This document shows, in pieces, positions 25,236-34,264 of a stretch of 64,000 bases of DNA. Under the pieces are notes generated by a model that was given only the letters and a program-made list of their open reading frames with translations, searched no databases and was not told the DNA's origin. The DNA is from Minisyncoccota bacterium (lineage in GTDB: Bacteria; Patescibacteriota; Minisyncoccia; Phycocordibacterales; UBA6065). The stretch's first letter is position 1. Every line of letters starts with the position of its first letter. Made by a program: the position numbers and the translations under genes. Where the stretch lies: positions 252,265 through 316,264 of the forward strand of contig DASZXC010000008.1 in assembly GCA_035546035.1 (NCBI GenBank). The letters run 5' to 3'.

Positions 25236-27197
25236 GCCGGCATAAGCTTCCAGAAACTGCATCATGGTCTCGCGGTCGGCGAGGGCTTTGCGCGCGGCGC
25301 TTTCAAGGGGCGTCAAAAGGGAGTTCAGATACGAATGCTCTTTGAGCGCCGGATTGGTTTCGAGAGACGATCGCGCTTTGTCCGCATGGAAGAGCACCGC
25401 CGCCGCGACGTCGCGTATGGTCTTGTCCCAGAAAACGGAACGGAGGGCAGACATGTCTTCGCTCAGGTCGCATTCGCGCTCGCCGGTCTTCGCTTTCCAC
25501 TGAGAAAGGCATCGAACGCTCGCTGGGTTGAAGAATCCGCGCTCGAGGTCCTTCTGCCAGTCATGAGCGTCGTCATTCAATTGCCGCGCGACGAGATAAT
25601 TCTTGAAAAAGGCGAGCAGGCTCGTTATCTCGCGGGAATCAGGGCTGAAACCGCGGCGGATGAGCATGGTGATCGGTCCCAATGCATGCCCGATCGACTT
25701 TTCGGCGATGACGTCGAGATTTTTATAGTCGGGAAGGCTTTCGACGTCGATTATCTTTCCGGCGAATCTGGTCTGGTGCCTTTCCCAGGCATTCGCTGAT
25801 TCGATCTTGTCCATGAGCGCCGTGAATACGCCGCGCTCCGCGGCCGGGATCATATCGGTATATATGTGCACGACCTCGCGGAGCATCATGTTCGCCAGCG
25901 GCACGTGCTCGGGTTCGCCTTCGTCGTCCAAAATGTCGTCGTATATGCGGTATGCGATCCAGCCGAACAGATTCGCGGCGCCGAGCGTGACTGCTTCGCC
26001 AGCGTCTGATTTTTCCCGTGCGGGCGGGACGCCGATCGATTTTTCGAAATGATAGGGAAGGAGCGTGATCTGCCGGCCCGGATCGCCGAGCGTGAGCATG
26101 CGTATGTAGCGGCCGAGCGATTCTATCTGCCGCATGCTCTGCCCGCCGCATCGGTTAGCGACCCTGTTCACGATCGCTTCATGGACCGAATCATCATACG
26201 TCCGGTCGTCCTGCGCGCGATCGTTCCGCGCCTTTATGTCTTGCGTGGCAGAATTCAATCGAACGTACATTGCCAGAGCTTCGACGCAGAACGCCGCGGT
26301 CAGAGCGGGCGCACCGCTGTACAGGATCGAGCTGCGCGCTTCTTCTATATAGATAGGGTCGGCTTTCCATTCGCGTTCGTCGCAGATCTGTTCAAGCCTT
26401 TTTGCCATGATTCCTAATCGCGAATCGTCTGCATGCCGGAAAGTGCCCGAATCGGCATATGTATACCCGGCCAGAGTCGTTAAAGCGCAGGCGGTTTCAA
26501 GCGCCGTATTGCAGAGTTCGTCTGTTTGCCGCAGGGCGACGATATCGGCGACGGCTTTTTCGGCGGCATTTTGCGGAATGCTTCGTTCCAAAAATCTGGC
26601 CATGAAATACAGCATGACCACGGGCGACGCATAATATTTTGACCGATACGTTCCCGTTTCTATGCGCGACAAACAGAGCGCTTTCAGATTCGGCAAAACG
26701 ATATGTTGCGTTTTCAGGAACGTTCCGATATTGGCATTCACGACCGGGTCGATATCGTGCCAGCGGCGTCGGTCCGCGTCAGGTACGATACCGGAGACGA
26801 GCCACGTCTCGTACGGGCCGCCCGGCTTCTCCTCGGCAGAAATCAGCGCTTCAGTGAATCCTGCCAGCGCCGCGCCGTCTATTTTTTCCGGCATGTATGC
26901 GGCCAACGCCTGCAACGCGCACGACGTATCGTCCAGGTCGTCGGGGTACGGCTTGGCCCGCGCCTCGTCGCAGTCGCGGCGCCAATAGTTCCATGTCCAT
27001 CGGGCGTTGCGCTCTTTTAATATGAATTCGCAGCCTTTGCGTATGATATCCGCCGCGACCGGTTCGTTCTGTACGCCGCGCAAGGCGAGCAATATAAGAG
27101 ACGTATGAAAGACATTATCAAACCCGCCGTCCTTCTTCTGCGAGGACTCGATATGGCGCAAGGCCTTCTGTATTGATCTTTGAGGATTGCTTTCCAT
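25233..27197 (-). CDS. Fused class II terpene cyclase / ComQ-like prenyltransferase
   Basis: N-half: QW-like SQKKDGGF, catalytic DxDD (PDDLDDT), DPVVNAN, SKYYASP. C-half: DDxxD (YDDILDD) and QLNDDAHD. AGGAGG SD upstream. Confidence 0.82.
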   Translation of the reverse strand: MESNPQRSIQKALRHIESSQKKDGGFDNVFHTSLILLALRGVQNEPVAADIIRKGCEFILKERNARWTWNYWRRDCDEARAKPYPDDLDDTSCALQALAAYMPEKIDGAALAGFTEALISAEEKPGGPYETWLVSGIVPDADRRRWHDIDPVVNANIGTFLKTQHIVLPNLKALCLSRIETGTYRSKYYASPVVMLYFMARFLERSIPQNAAEKAVADIVALRQTDELCNTALETACALTTLAGYTYADSGTFRHADDSRLGIMAKRLEQICDEREWKADPIYIEEARSSILYSGAPALTAAFCVEALAMYVRLNSATQDIKARNDRAQDDRTYDDSVHEAIVNRVANRCGGQSMRQIESLGRYIRMLTLGDPGRQITLLPYHFEKSIGVPPAREKSDAGEAVTLGAANLFGWIAYRIYDDILDDEGEPEHVPLANMMLREVVHIYTDMIPAAERGVFTALMDKIESANAWERHQTRFAGKIIDVESLPDYKNLDVIAEKSIGHALGPITMLIRRGFSPDSREITSLLAFFKNYLVARQLNDDAHDWQKDLERGFFNPASVRCLSQWKAKTGERECDLSEDMSALRSVFWDKTIRDVAAAVLFHADKARSSLETNPALKEHSYLNSLLTPLESAARKALADRETMMQFLEAYAG

Positions 27198-28653
27198 TTC
27201 CTCCTGGTGGATGAGCGCGAGGGAAGACGATGGTGAAATTCGAGCCTTCCCGCTCGACGCTTTTGACCGCTATGGTCCCTTTGAAATCTTTGACGACGAT
27301 GTCCTGCGCATTCGATAGTCCGATGCCCATCCCTCGGTGTCTCTCTTTGGTGGTGAAGAACGGATCGAATATCTTGCCGATGACGGCCGCCGATATGCCG
27401 CAGCCATGGTCTCGCACGATGATCTTGATATCGCCCTTGTTTTCGATCAGGCGCACGGCGACGATCCTCTGATCGAACGGCAATGCAGTATTGTTGTACG
27501 AATCGATCGCGTTCGATATGAGGTTTCCGATGACGTGCTGGAGCTTTGTCGGATTGCCGAACGTCGAAACGCGCTTGTCCGCCGCCCAGTCTATGCGGAC
27601 TTTCGTCTGCGCCGCTTTATACGAGAGAAGCGCCAATGCCTCTTCGATCTCGCCGTTCACCGAGAACTCTTCCTCATGGTCGGGCATGGTCAGCTGCTTT
27701 CGGACCGTCGTCACGAATCGCTCGAGCTTCCGCGAAGCCTGGACCGCCCGGCCGACGCTTTCCCTGATATCCTGCATATCGGGGTGGAGCGAATCCTTCA
27801 GATTGTTGACGTTCGCCGCCACCGCCGAAAGGGGATTCATCAGGTCGTGGAATATTCCCGACGACAGCCTGCCGAATTCGGCGAAATGATAGAGCTGCGC
27901 CAATTTTTCCGCCTGCGCCTGGCGCAATTCGCGGGTACGCTCGACGACCGTCGATTCGAGCGACTCGTTCTTCTCTATGAGCGCCCTTTCCGACCTTCGC
28001 GCCCGGGCGAGCGAGTTCTCTATGTCCTTGTTCGAAAGCCAGGCGATCAATTCGATAGCGAAGAAGAACAGGCAATATTTGATGACGTCTACGCTCTCGT
28101 GCGTCTCCTGCATCCATTTCGTGTCTATCGTGATGGCGCCCGCATCGCCCATGAACCTGCAGACGATGAGAGATATCATGACGATGGCGCTGAAGGCGAG
28201 GCTGAATCTAGTGCCGATGAGCGCCCCTGCCATGATGATAAGGAGCGCGTACATGAGGAGCGTGGACGGCAGGTCCGTGCCCCAGCGATAGACGCCGTAC
28301 GTCGTCGCGGCATAGAAGAACGTGATGGCGAAATACGAGACGAGGTCGAAATAGCCCTTGCGCGAAGCGATATATCCCGCGATGAACAGGGCGGGGAATA
28401 TGCTGAAAACGAAGAACGGTATGCCCTCGTATCCCGGCCCTGCTTCGATCTGGCTGATGAGGACGAGCGTATCGAGCGCGAGCAAGAGGCATATCGACCC
28501 TACGAGTATGACGTTCAGGATCGTCTCCCTGCGGCGGTCGTCTTCGGTCGTCGAGCGCGGCTCGAAGAATATCCGGTATAGAAAACGGATACTTCTTTTA
28601 AAGAAACGTTCGGAGCTTTGAGCGTCCTCGTTTTTCCGGAGAGAAGTATCCAT
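27118..28653 (-). CDS. Sensor histidine kinase with a 6-TM input domain
   Basis: Six hydrophobic helices, H-box GIFHDLMNP, N-box NLISNAID, DHGCG, FDPFFTTK, GMGIGL. Confidence 0.95.
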   Translation of the reverse strand: MDTSLRKNEDAQSSERFFKRSIRFLYRIFFEPRSTTEDDRRRETILNVILVGSICLLLALDTLVLISQIEAGPGYEGIPFFVFSIFPALFIAGYIASRKGYFDLVSYFAITFFYAATTYGVYRWGTDLPSTLLMYALLIIMAGALIGTRFSLAFSAIVMISLIVCRFMGDAGAITIDTKWMQETHESVDVIKYCLFFFAIELIAWLSNKDIENSLARARRSERALIEKNESLESTVVERTRELRQAQAEKLAQLYHFAEFGRLSSGIFHDLMNPLSAVAANVNNLKDSLHPDMQDIRESVGRAVQASRKLERFVTTVRKQLTMPDHEEEFSVNGEIEEALALLSYKAAQTKVRIDWAADKRVSTFGNPTKLQHVIGNLISNAIDSYNNTALPFDQRIVAVRLIENKGDIKIIVRDHGCGISAAVIGKIFDPFFTTKERHRGMGIGLSNAQDIVVKDFKGTIAVKSVEREGSNFTIVFPRAHPPGGNGKQSSKINTEGLAPYRVLAEEGRRV

Positions 28654-28666
28654 TTTCCCTTAGTCC

Positions 28667-28780
28667 TTAGGCCTCATCGGTCCATGGGTACATGGTAGCC
28701 GACGCGAGGGCAGCCTCCCGTGCCTCTACGGCGCTTCGCGAAGAAGCGTCGGTGAGGATCTTTTCGACAACGTTGTTCAT
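28667..28780 (-). CDS. 37-aa putative signal/RiPP precursor peptide (ComX-like)
   Basis: MNNVVEKILTDASSRSAVEAREAALASATMYPWTDEA, with a single Trp 5 residues from the C-terminus. The stop is 13 nt before the kinase ATG. Confidence 0.72.
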   Translation of the reverse strand: MNNVVEKILTDASSRSAVEAREAALASATMYPWTDEA

Positions 28781-28858
28781 ATGCATGAGAAATGAGTTGC
28801 TAAGGAACAGATGCCTATTCGACGATAGGTTGTTCCTTCGAAATTGTCGGGCCTGCCC

Positions 28859-28876
28859 GGTCAAGAAAAAGTCAAA
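28859..28876 (-). promoter_or_regulatory. Putative response-regulator box upstream of the peptide gene
   Basis: TGACTTTTTCT|TGACC, identical to the 16-mer upstream of the adhesin operon. Confidence 0.7.
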
Positions 28877-28887
28877 TTATAGTAAAA

Positions 28888-29556
28888 CTAATCGTCCTTT
28901 ATCTTGTATCCGCGGCCGGGAATGTTGTAGATCAGCTTTTCCCGCTTCTTTTCGAGCTTTTTGCGCAAGTTGACGATGTGTGTCTCTATGGTCTTCGAGA
29001 GGGGGTCGCTCTCCATATCCCAGACGTGCTCCATGATGGTGCCGCGCGATACGACTTTGCCCTTGTTGCGGAGGAGGAGCTCGAGGAGGGCGAATTCTTT
29101 CCTGGTGAGATACACGTCTATGCCGTTCTTGGTCACTTCCTGGCTTCCGGCATCGAGGAGCACGCCGCCCGCGGCGAACGTCGTCGGTTCGACTTTGTAC
29201 GTGCGGCGGAGCAGGGCGCGCATGCGCGATACGAGCTCCTGATGGGAATACGGCTTGGTGATATAGTCGTCGGCGCCGGAATCGAGGGCAAGCGCCTTGT
29301 CGTCCACGTGGGCATTGACCGAGAGCATCAGGATAGGGACGTGGCGCCCGACGCGGCGGATCTCCTGGCAGACTTCGAGACCGGTCTTTTTCGGCATCGA
29401 ATGATCCAGGATGATCAGGTCGTATTCGTTGGTGCGGGCCATGAACGAACCGGCCGCGCCGTCCGCCGCAGTGTCTACGGCAAAACATTCTGCCTGGAGT
29501 GTGGCTTTGAGGAGGTCTCTGGTCTCCGCTTGGTCGTCCACGACGAGTATCCTCAT
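28888..29556 (-). CDS. OmpR/PhoB-family response regulator
   Basis: MRILVVDD, LIILD phosphoacceptor, GADDYITKP, LTRKEFALL, IETHIVNLRKKL, GRGY. Confidence 0.95.
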   Translation of the reverse strand: MRILVVDDQAETRDLLKATLQAECFAVDTAADGAAGSFMARTNEYDLIILDHSMPKKTGLEVCQEIRRVGRHVPILMLSVNAHVDDKALALDSGADDYITKPYSHQELVSRMRALLRRTYKVEPTTFAAGGVLLDAGSQEVTKNGIDVYLTRKEFALLELLLRNKGKVVSRGTIMEHVWDMESDPLSKTIETHIVNLRKKLEKKREKLIYNIPGRGYKIKDD

Positions 29557-29651
29557 GGGATTAGTAGTGTTGCCCAAAGTATATACCACCAGGGGTTTTT
29601 GGCTATTTAGCCGTTATCCACGGCCCTCCGCGCCGTGCCGCTCCCGCTTCC

Positions 29652-29680
29652 TTGCAACCTGTCTAAATACGTGCTATAAT
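29652..29680 (+). promoter_or_regulatory. Sigma70 promoter of the DEAD-box helicase
   Basis: TTGCAA-N17-TATAAT with an extended -10 TG. Confidence 0.7.
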
Positions 29681-29776
29681 ACTACCACTAGTGATTTGAT
29701 TCTCTCGTCATGTACGTGACTTGGCAGATTCGGGTCACGCGGAAAGGCTCTGACGCAATTAACGGAGCCGCATAAT

Positions 29777-31267
29777 ATGACACCCATAAAAACTCTCGAA
29801 GCGGCAGAGCATGCCGTTTCTCCGTCGGTTAAATTCACCGATCTGTCGTTGAGCGATTCGCTCCTCGGCGCTCTCAATAAGCATGACTTCGTCACCCCGA
29901 CGCCGATCCAGTCGCGCGTCATCCCTTTGGGCATCGAAGGCAAAGACATCATCGGCATCGCCCAGACCGGAACGGGCAAGACGCTCGGCTTCGGCATTCC
30001 TATGATCGAGCGCATCATCGCGGACAAGAACGCTCGCGGATTGGTGCTTTTGCCTACGCGCGAGCTTGCATTGCAGGTGGACGAGACGATCCGCAAGGTC
30101 GGCACCGGCCTCGGCATATATACTGCCGTCCTCATCGGCGGCGATTCGATGGGACGCCAGATCCGCGACCTTCGCGCCGGTCCCAATATCGTCATCGCGA
30201 CGCCAGGACGCTTGATAGACCATCTCGAGCAGAAGACGATCTCGCTCGACCGCGTCTCGATGCTCGTCTTGGATGAAGCGGACCACATGTTCGACATCGG
30301 CTTCATGCCGCAGATCAAGGAGATCGTGAAAAAGGTGCCGAAGACGCGCCAGACCATGCTTTTCTCCGCGACCATGCCCGAGCCGATCGCGAAATTAGCT
30401 ATGGAGCATATGCAGCTGCCGTTGCGTATCGAGGTCGCTCCTGCGGGCACGGCGAATAAGAACGTCGAACAGGAGATCGTCGTCGTCGAGCGTAAGGCCA
30501 AGTTCGGCTTGCTCTCCAAGCTCGTCGGCGAACATCAGGGCCAGCCGGTGCTCGTATTCACGCGCACCAAGCACGGCGCGAAGGAGATCGCGCGATCGCT
30601 CCGCGATTCCGGCATGACCGCTGCAGAGATTCATTCGAACCGCACGCTCGGCCAGAGGCGCGAGGCGTTGGACGGCTTCAAGAAGCATAAATATCAGGTC
30701 CTCGTGGCGACCGACATCGCGGCGCGCGGCATAGACGTCAAAGACGTCGCTCTCGTCGTCAACTACGATCTGCCTGAGCAGTCCGAAGACTATGTCCACC
30801 GCATCGGCCGTACCGGCCGCGCGGGCAAGGAAGGCAAGGCGGTTTCGTTCGCGACCCCGGACCAGAAGCGCGACATCATGGATATCGAGCGCCTTATAAA
30901 GAAAGAGATCCCTCGCAAGAGCCACGAAGGCGCGGCTATGTCCGAAAGCTCGTTCAGCGGCGGGTCTCGCGGTTACGGATCGCGCGGCGGACGCGGATTC
31001 GGTCGCGGAGGTTTCCGCGGCAGCAGGGGCGGTTTCCGCGGAGGTCCACGAAGCTTCGGCGGTCCTCGCGGCGGTCATTCGTCGCATTCTGCGCATGGCC
31101 ACTCGCATGGTCACGCAGGCCATACGGTAGGCTCTCATGGCGGCGCATCGCGCGGCCCTCGACGCGGTTTCAATTCAAAATATCCTCGACCTCTCAAGAC
31201 CGATCCTTCGAAGAAGGTAGAGCTCGGCACCGGTTACAGGCGCGTATTCAGGAAGGGCGTCCGATAA
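29777..31267 (+). CDS. DEAD-box RNA helicase with an RGG/His-rich C-terminal tail
   Basis: Q motif, AQTGTGKT, PTRELA, DEAD, SAT, HRIGRTGR. Confidence 0.97.
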   Translation: MTPIKTLEAAEHAVSPSVKFTDLSLSDSLLGALNKHDFVTPTPIQSRVIPLGIEGKDIIGIAQTGTGKTLGFGIPMIERIIADKNARGLVLLPTRELALQVDETIRKVGTGLGIYTAVLIGGDSMGRQIRDLRAGPNIVIATPGRLIDHLEQKTISLDRVSMLVLDEADHMFDIGFMPQIKEIVKKVPKTRQTMLFSATMPEPIAKLAMEHMQLPLRIEVAPAGTANKNVEQEIVVVERKAKFGLLSKLVGEHQGQPVLVFTRTKHGAKEIARSLRDSGMTAAEIHSNRTLGQRREALDGFKKHKYQVLVATDIAARGIDVKDVALVVNYDLPEQSEDYVHRIGRTGRAGKEGKAVSFATPDQKRDIMDIERLIKKEIPRKSHEGAAMSESSFSGGSRGYGSRGGRGFGRGGFRGSRGGFRGGPRSFGGPRGGHSSHSAHGHSHGHAGHTVGSHGGASRGPRRGFNSKYPRPLKTDPSKKVELGTGYRRVFRKGVR

Positions 31268-31309
31268 TCAATCCTCGAAGCGGGCGCGCAAGCGTCCGCT
31301 TTACCTATC

Positions 31310-32832
31310 ATGGCCACCGACGTAGTACTGCGGTTCGACGAAGTGTCGTTCGAATACGGGCACAATAAGCCGATCCTCGACGAGGTGAGCTTTTCGGTGC
31401 GCCGCGGCTCGAAGATCACCATCATGGGCCAGAACGGCGCGGGCAAGTCGACGATATTCGGCATGATATTGGCGGCAGCGGGGCAGAATGCGGGCCAGGG
31501 TCAGACTACGCCGAAAATTACGAGTGGCAACATCCACATCACCCGCGGCCTTTCGATCGCCATCGCGCGGCAGGTCATTCCGCGACCGGAATTGGCGCTT
31601 TCCGTCAGGGACTTTTTCCAAAAAGCCCTCATGGACACGAATGGCGGCAAAAAGTGTACGATATCGACCCGCGCATGGACGAAGCGCTCGATGCGGTGAA
31701 CTTTCCATTGCCTGCGACGGGAAAGGACCGCGTTGTCAGCTCGTTCTCGGGCGGGCAGCAGGCGCGATTTTTGCTAGCTTCGGCCTTGGTCCAGAATCCG
31801 GATATCCTGTTGCTCGACGAGCCGACGAACAATCTGGACAAAGCGGGTATCGAGCACCTGACCGCATTCCTCAAAGCGTATCCGAAGACCGTCATCGTCA
31901 TTTCGCACGAGGCGGATTTCCTCAATTCATTCACGGACGGCGTCTTGTACCTGGATGTGCATACCAAGAAAGTCGAGCAGTATCAGGGCGACTATTATGA
32001 CGTGCTCAAAGACATAACTGCGCGCGTCGATCGCGAAAATCGCGCCAATGCGTTGCTCCAGAAAGAGATCCAGGCCAAGAAAGACCAGGCCAATGCATTC
32101 GCCATGAAGGGCGGCGGGCTTCGCTTGGTCGCCAAGCGCATGCGCGAGAAAGCCGAAGAGCTCGAAGAAGACATCGTCGAGGTGCGCAAGGAAGACAAGA
32201 CCATCAAGCCGTTCACCATTCCTGCGCAGCCTGAATTCACGGGCGTGATCATGGAGATCAAGGGATATAAGGTATTCAAGAACCATAAGCCGGTGAAAAG
32301 GACATGCGCGGTGAAATTGAAGCGCCGCCAGCACCTGCTTTTGAAGGGTCCGAACGGCATAGGGAAGTCGACGCTACTCGAAGCTTTGGCGACGGGCAAG
32401 AATTCAGATGGCAGCGCGAACGAAGGCGCGACGATCGCATCGGGCGCGCGCGTCGGATACTATCGCCAGGATTTTTCGACCCTGAATTTCGAAGATACGG
32501 TGCACGAATCGCTGCTGTCGGCGTCGGCGACGCATATCGAACAGCATATCCGCGCGGTCGCGGCAGGATTTTTGATACATGCAGACATGATGGATACCAA
32601 GATCGGCGCATTGTCCGAAGGCCAGAAAGGCCTCGTGGCATTTGCGCGATTGGTCCTGCAGAAGCCCAGCCTCCTCATTTTGGACGAGCCTACGAACCAT
32701 ATTAATTTCAGGCACATTCCTGTGATCGCCAAGGCGCTGGATGAATATGAAGGTGCGATGATATTGGTGAGCCATGTGCCGGAATTTGTGTCGCAAATTC
32801 GGATCGATGAGACGTTGGATTTGGAGGGGTAG
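31310..32832 (+). pseudogene. ABC-F family ATPase split by a 1-nt frameshift near 31649-31654
   Basis: ORF1 carries the first Walker A (GQNGAGKST). ORF2 carries FSGGQQ, DEPTN and the second NBD. The frames join across GGC AAAAA GTG. Confidence 0.8.
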
Positions 32833-32872
32833 TCAGGTTGTCTCATTTTTTAATATAACGTATTATCCGTCT

Positions 32873-34264
32873 GTGAACTTATGGCTCCACACTGAGGAGA
32901 GGCCAAGAATAAACACTATTAAATTAATAGTGGCTAGGTTTGCTTCAGATAGAAATTTAAAATCCGTCTTTTCTGGCAATGAGAAAATCTGGCCAATAAT
33001 GAAAGACGGTTTGTTTACATTTAAATACAAGATTGAGGGTATTAAATGTGAAAATGTTGAAAATATTTTTATAACCATTATTAGCGGTTCTTCAAGTTTT
33101 ACAGATTATCTGGTCTTTTATTCAGAAAACCCGCCGCTTGTAACTGATTCACCTCTTTATCTCATTGAAGAGACTAAGACTGGTGATAGTGAGAGCCGTA
33201 ACACGGCAGCGTATCAACGTTCTTCAAAATTTGTCTATGCCAGCTTCTTTTATCCCAAGGTTCCTAAAATCATGTTGTACAGCCTAAGGGTTGCGCAGAG
33301 AAAGGAATCGACCTCAACTTCTGTCTTCGGTACAAAACTTCTGGCGACGCTAGGTGTTGAGATTTTGGGCAGAATATTACAGAAAGACGCCTACTCAGCA
33401 TTTTCAAATATTGATGAATTGATCGAGCTTAAGAATGAAATGTCCCTTCCTCATTACGGGCTTGCTGTGCGGATAAATAAGGTAGGGGATGTAATTAAAA
33501 TATCTGCAAGGCTTGAAAAATCGGGCTATCTTTCTCATGATCCCAATATCGGTATGACGACAGTGATCAGTGCGTGTCTTAGAAAATTAGGTTGGAAGGG
33601 CCGCATCGTCATAACTGATCATGGCTTGGCGAGTCAAAAAAATGTAGGAGTAAGAAACAAATTTATTGCTATTGCCAATCAGCTCGGTGTTGAGCTCGAA
33701 AATCTAACCATACCCAGGGTTTCTCTTCATGGAGAATATTGGAAGGTTGAGGCAAACAAGGAGAAAATAGGAACAATTTTTACTAGTATTCTCTGCGAAG
33801 AATTTACGGACTCGGTTGCTATCTATGAAAATCATGGAGGCTGTGAAAGGGGCTATTTTATTTCTGAAAAAAATAAAGAAAATATAGAATATCTTGCTGT
33901 CCCAAAATTTTCAGATAGAGAAAAATACAAGGCGGGGGACAAAAGTTATATCATTTCTATTCCCGATCTAGTCCTCTACGATAGAAAAAGAGACATAATC
34001 ATTAATGCGGAAGGCAAGGTTTTTGCAAAGCGGGAGGAGGGTTATAAGGAAATAGGTGGGTTTGACTCGTTCGAAGATAAATTTATTAAAAAGTATTATC
34101 CGGGCTCAGAAATTTCAAGGACGCTCATACTTTCAGGCAGTAAAGACGAGGCGATTGATAATCCAATTACAGGCTTACTCTTAAATCAAGACGGATTAAT
34201 CGTCTTGGGGGAAAAGACACCTCTCTTGTTCAAGGAGGCTGTGGCGAATCTACTTTCTTTGTAG
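32873..34264 (+). CDS. Putative type II restriction endonuclease
   Basis: AT-rich and convergent with two adenine MTases. PD-(D/E)xK-like motifs TD..IEETK and PD..AEGK. GTG start inferred. Confidence 0.65.
   Translation: MNLWLHTEERPRINTIKLIVARFASDRNLKSVFSGNEKIWPIMKDGLFTFKYKIEGIKCENVENIFITIISGSSSFTDYLVFYSENPPLVTDSPLYLIEETKTGDSESRNTAAYQRSSKFVYASFFYPKVPKIMLYSLRVAQRKESTSTSVFGTKLLATLGVEILGRILQKDAYSAFSNIDELIELKNEMSLPHYGLAVRINKVGDVIKISARLEKSGYLSHDPNIGMTTVISACLRKLGWKGRIVITDHGLASQKNVGVRNKFIAIANQLGVELENLTIPRVSLHGEYWKVEANKEKIGTIFTSILCEEFTDSVAIYENHGGCERGYFISEKNKENIEYLAVPKFSDREKYKAGDKSYIISIPDLVLYDRKRDIIINAEGKVFAKREEGYKEIGGFDSFEDKFIKKYYPGSEISRTLILSGSKDEAIDNPITGLLLNQDGLIVLGEKTPLLFKEAVANLLSL

Noticed and set aside
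27337-28581. Long antisense ORFs (e.g. 27337-28581, 8609-9712, 54518-55468, 55712-56680, 36515-37402)
   Set aside because: Shadow frames opposite well-supported genes in GC3-rich DNA, with no motifs.
28781-28864. 65-aa version of the peptide ORF starting at TTG 28864
   Set aside because: The extension runs through the regulator box and leader hairpin. ATG 28780 (or 28786) is more plausible.
32774-32872. N-terminal extensions given by the ORF track (also 1596-1772, 39156-39428, 49508-49699, 44350-44523)
   Set aside because: They overlap neighbouring genes or promoter DNA, so starts were reassigned downstream.
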